Positions 62,504-64,000 of a stretch of 64,000 nt of DNA are shown one piece after another. The DNA comes from Octopus sinensis (lineage: Eukaryota). Position 1 is the first letter of the stretch; each line of letters starts with the position of its first letter. The position numbers were made by a program, and so were the translations under genes. The stretch lies in the NCBI RefSeq assembly GCF_006345805.1, contig NC_043007.1, positions 20,274,001 through 20,338,000 on the forward strand, in the 5' to 3' direction. The notes beneath the pieces are model-generated. The model was not told the origin of the DNA and did no database searches. It saw only the letters and a list, made by a program, of their open reading frames with translations.

Positions 62504-63274
62504 GTAATATTTTATTTTTAATTATATTCATTTTTCATCAACATTATCACTTAACCCTTTAGTGTTCAGATTATTCTATCAAACGTAATGCTTATTGATT
62601 CCCATTGATTTGAATTAATCATGCATTATCTCATATCTTCAAGATCTTGATGGTGTAATTACTTAATGTAGAATAACATTGTAGGGTAGGTGTGAGAGCC
62701 TGGATCTGGTCGGTTTGAACATAAAACAGATTAAATATTTTGGCCGGATACGGCCGGTTTAAATACTAAAGGGTTAATGCCCATTTTTCCATGCTTGCCT
62801 GAATCTATTAGAGATAGACCTTCCTGTTGCCAACCGTTACTTGTTTCCAAGTAAGATGCCATTTCTACATGGCTGGATTTGTTTTTGCTGGGTATTAAAA
62901 ATGATACGATCCTGCTGGTATGACAGCTACCCTTATTAGCAAATATCACATGATGTCAAGGTAAGGAAACACAAACACACACACTCACCACACACACATA
63001 TGCCAGGCTTCTTTCAGTTTCCATCAACCAAATCTACATGCAAGTTTTTGGTCGACCTGATCTACATTAGAAGTCACTTGCCCCAGGTGCCACATAGTGG
63101 AACTGAACCCAGAATCATGTGGTTGGGAAGCCATCTTCTTTATTTCATTATATTTGCCATAAAGGCAGTACATAGAGTAAAATAGCTTTGCGGGCTGGAC
63201 AAGGACATGAAATGAATGATAATGAAAGAAAGATGATAAGGATGGGAGAAGACAGAAAGCGCCCACCAACTTCT

Positions 63275-63820
63275 TCTTCTCTAAAACATTGTTCTTTAAA
63301 ACCAAACACAAAACGGGGTATTAAACCTCTTACAACTTTACCATATTCTGAACGCCTTACTTCCCTGGGCATGGACACATTGAAACTCCGACGCCTGGCA
63401 GCTGACTTGGCAGACACCCATAAAATTATCAACCATCTTACTAACAATAACTCTGAGCACTTTTTCAAACTCCACCCATCTAACACCCATGGACATGTTT
63501 ACAAAGTCAGAAAACAGCACAGCTCCCATGGCTTTCGGAAACATTTTTTCACGCTGAGAGTTGCTGAAGCATGGAACAAACTGCCGGCATCAGTTGTTAG
63601 TTGTCGGAGCACTGCATCCTTCAAAACTTCCATGCTTCCTGAGATTCGCCAACACTACACCTGATTTTCTCCCCTCCATACACACGCAAGCATGTATCTG
63701 ACTCATACACTGTTCACTTCCCAGACATTTGTACATTACTGCATATGCTTTATACGCACTTTTGACAAGTTGTGGTGCACCTGAGCACTGTGTACAATAA
63801 TTTCATTATTATTATTATTT
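63275..63820 (+). mobile_element. CR1/L2-group LINE 3' end, different family, (ATT)n tail
   Basis: LPYSERLTSLGMDTLKLRRLAADL..HFFTLRVAEAWNKLPASVV..; tail cattattattattatt at about 63803-63818. Confidence 0.88.
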
Positions 63821-64000
63821 TACAACTTTTCAATTTTTGGACTTAACAGTCCATTACAAACAACATAGTTCAATAATTACATATAATATATATAAATACA
63901 ATACACAAAGCCCCTCCTCCCATACCAGGTTGTACGCTTCCCTTAGGCAATGCTCCAGCTCCAGGTCGGGGACCCAGAAGGTGTATCTAACCATGTCCTT

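Overview
AT-rich, repeat-dense animal genomic DNA. The SINE families, (TA)n/(CA)n/(CAT)n microsatellites and large introns look like a coleoid cephalopod, most likely Octopus (inferred from recognition of repeat families, not from a search). Three spliced protein-coding genes can be built by hand with canonical GT-AG junctions and consistent phases. (1) MCFD2 homolog, + strand, 3 coding exons, 24405-32045, 277 aa, with a long GNQQYQQPPS repeat insert. (2) BRMS1/BRMS1L (Sds3 family) homolog, - strand, 9 coding exons, 47811-32768, 229 aa, tail-to-tail with MCFD2. (3) A very large secreted angiopoietin-like/fibrinogen-related (FReD) gene, + strand, from 54189 and running off the window. Its 3-kb exon changes reading frame at an A_AAA_AAC heptamer followed by a hairpin: either a homopolymer assembly error or a -1 frameshift signal. 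Most other ORFs in the track come from repeats: three abundant SINE families, RTE/CR1/Tx1 LINE fragments, mariner relics, piggyBac-like and 8-bp-TSD MITEs, and Helitron-like elements. The most unusual non-coding signals are a hammerhead-ribozyme core inside a tRNA-headed element inserted as a head-to-head palindrome with a 13-bp TSD (10.4-10.9 kb), a second hammerhead-like fold at 17.9 kb, and several fold-back inverted repeats in introns next to exons. No CRISPR arrays, rRNA genes or intact tRNA genes were found.
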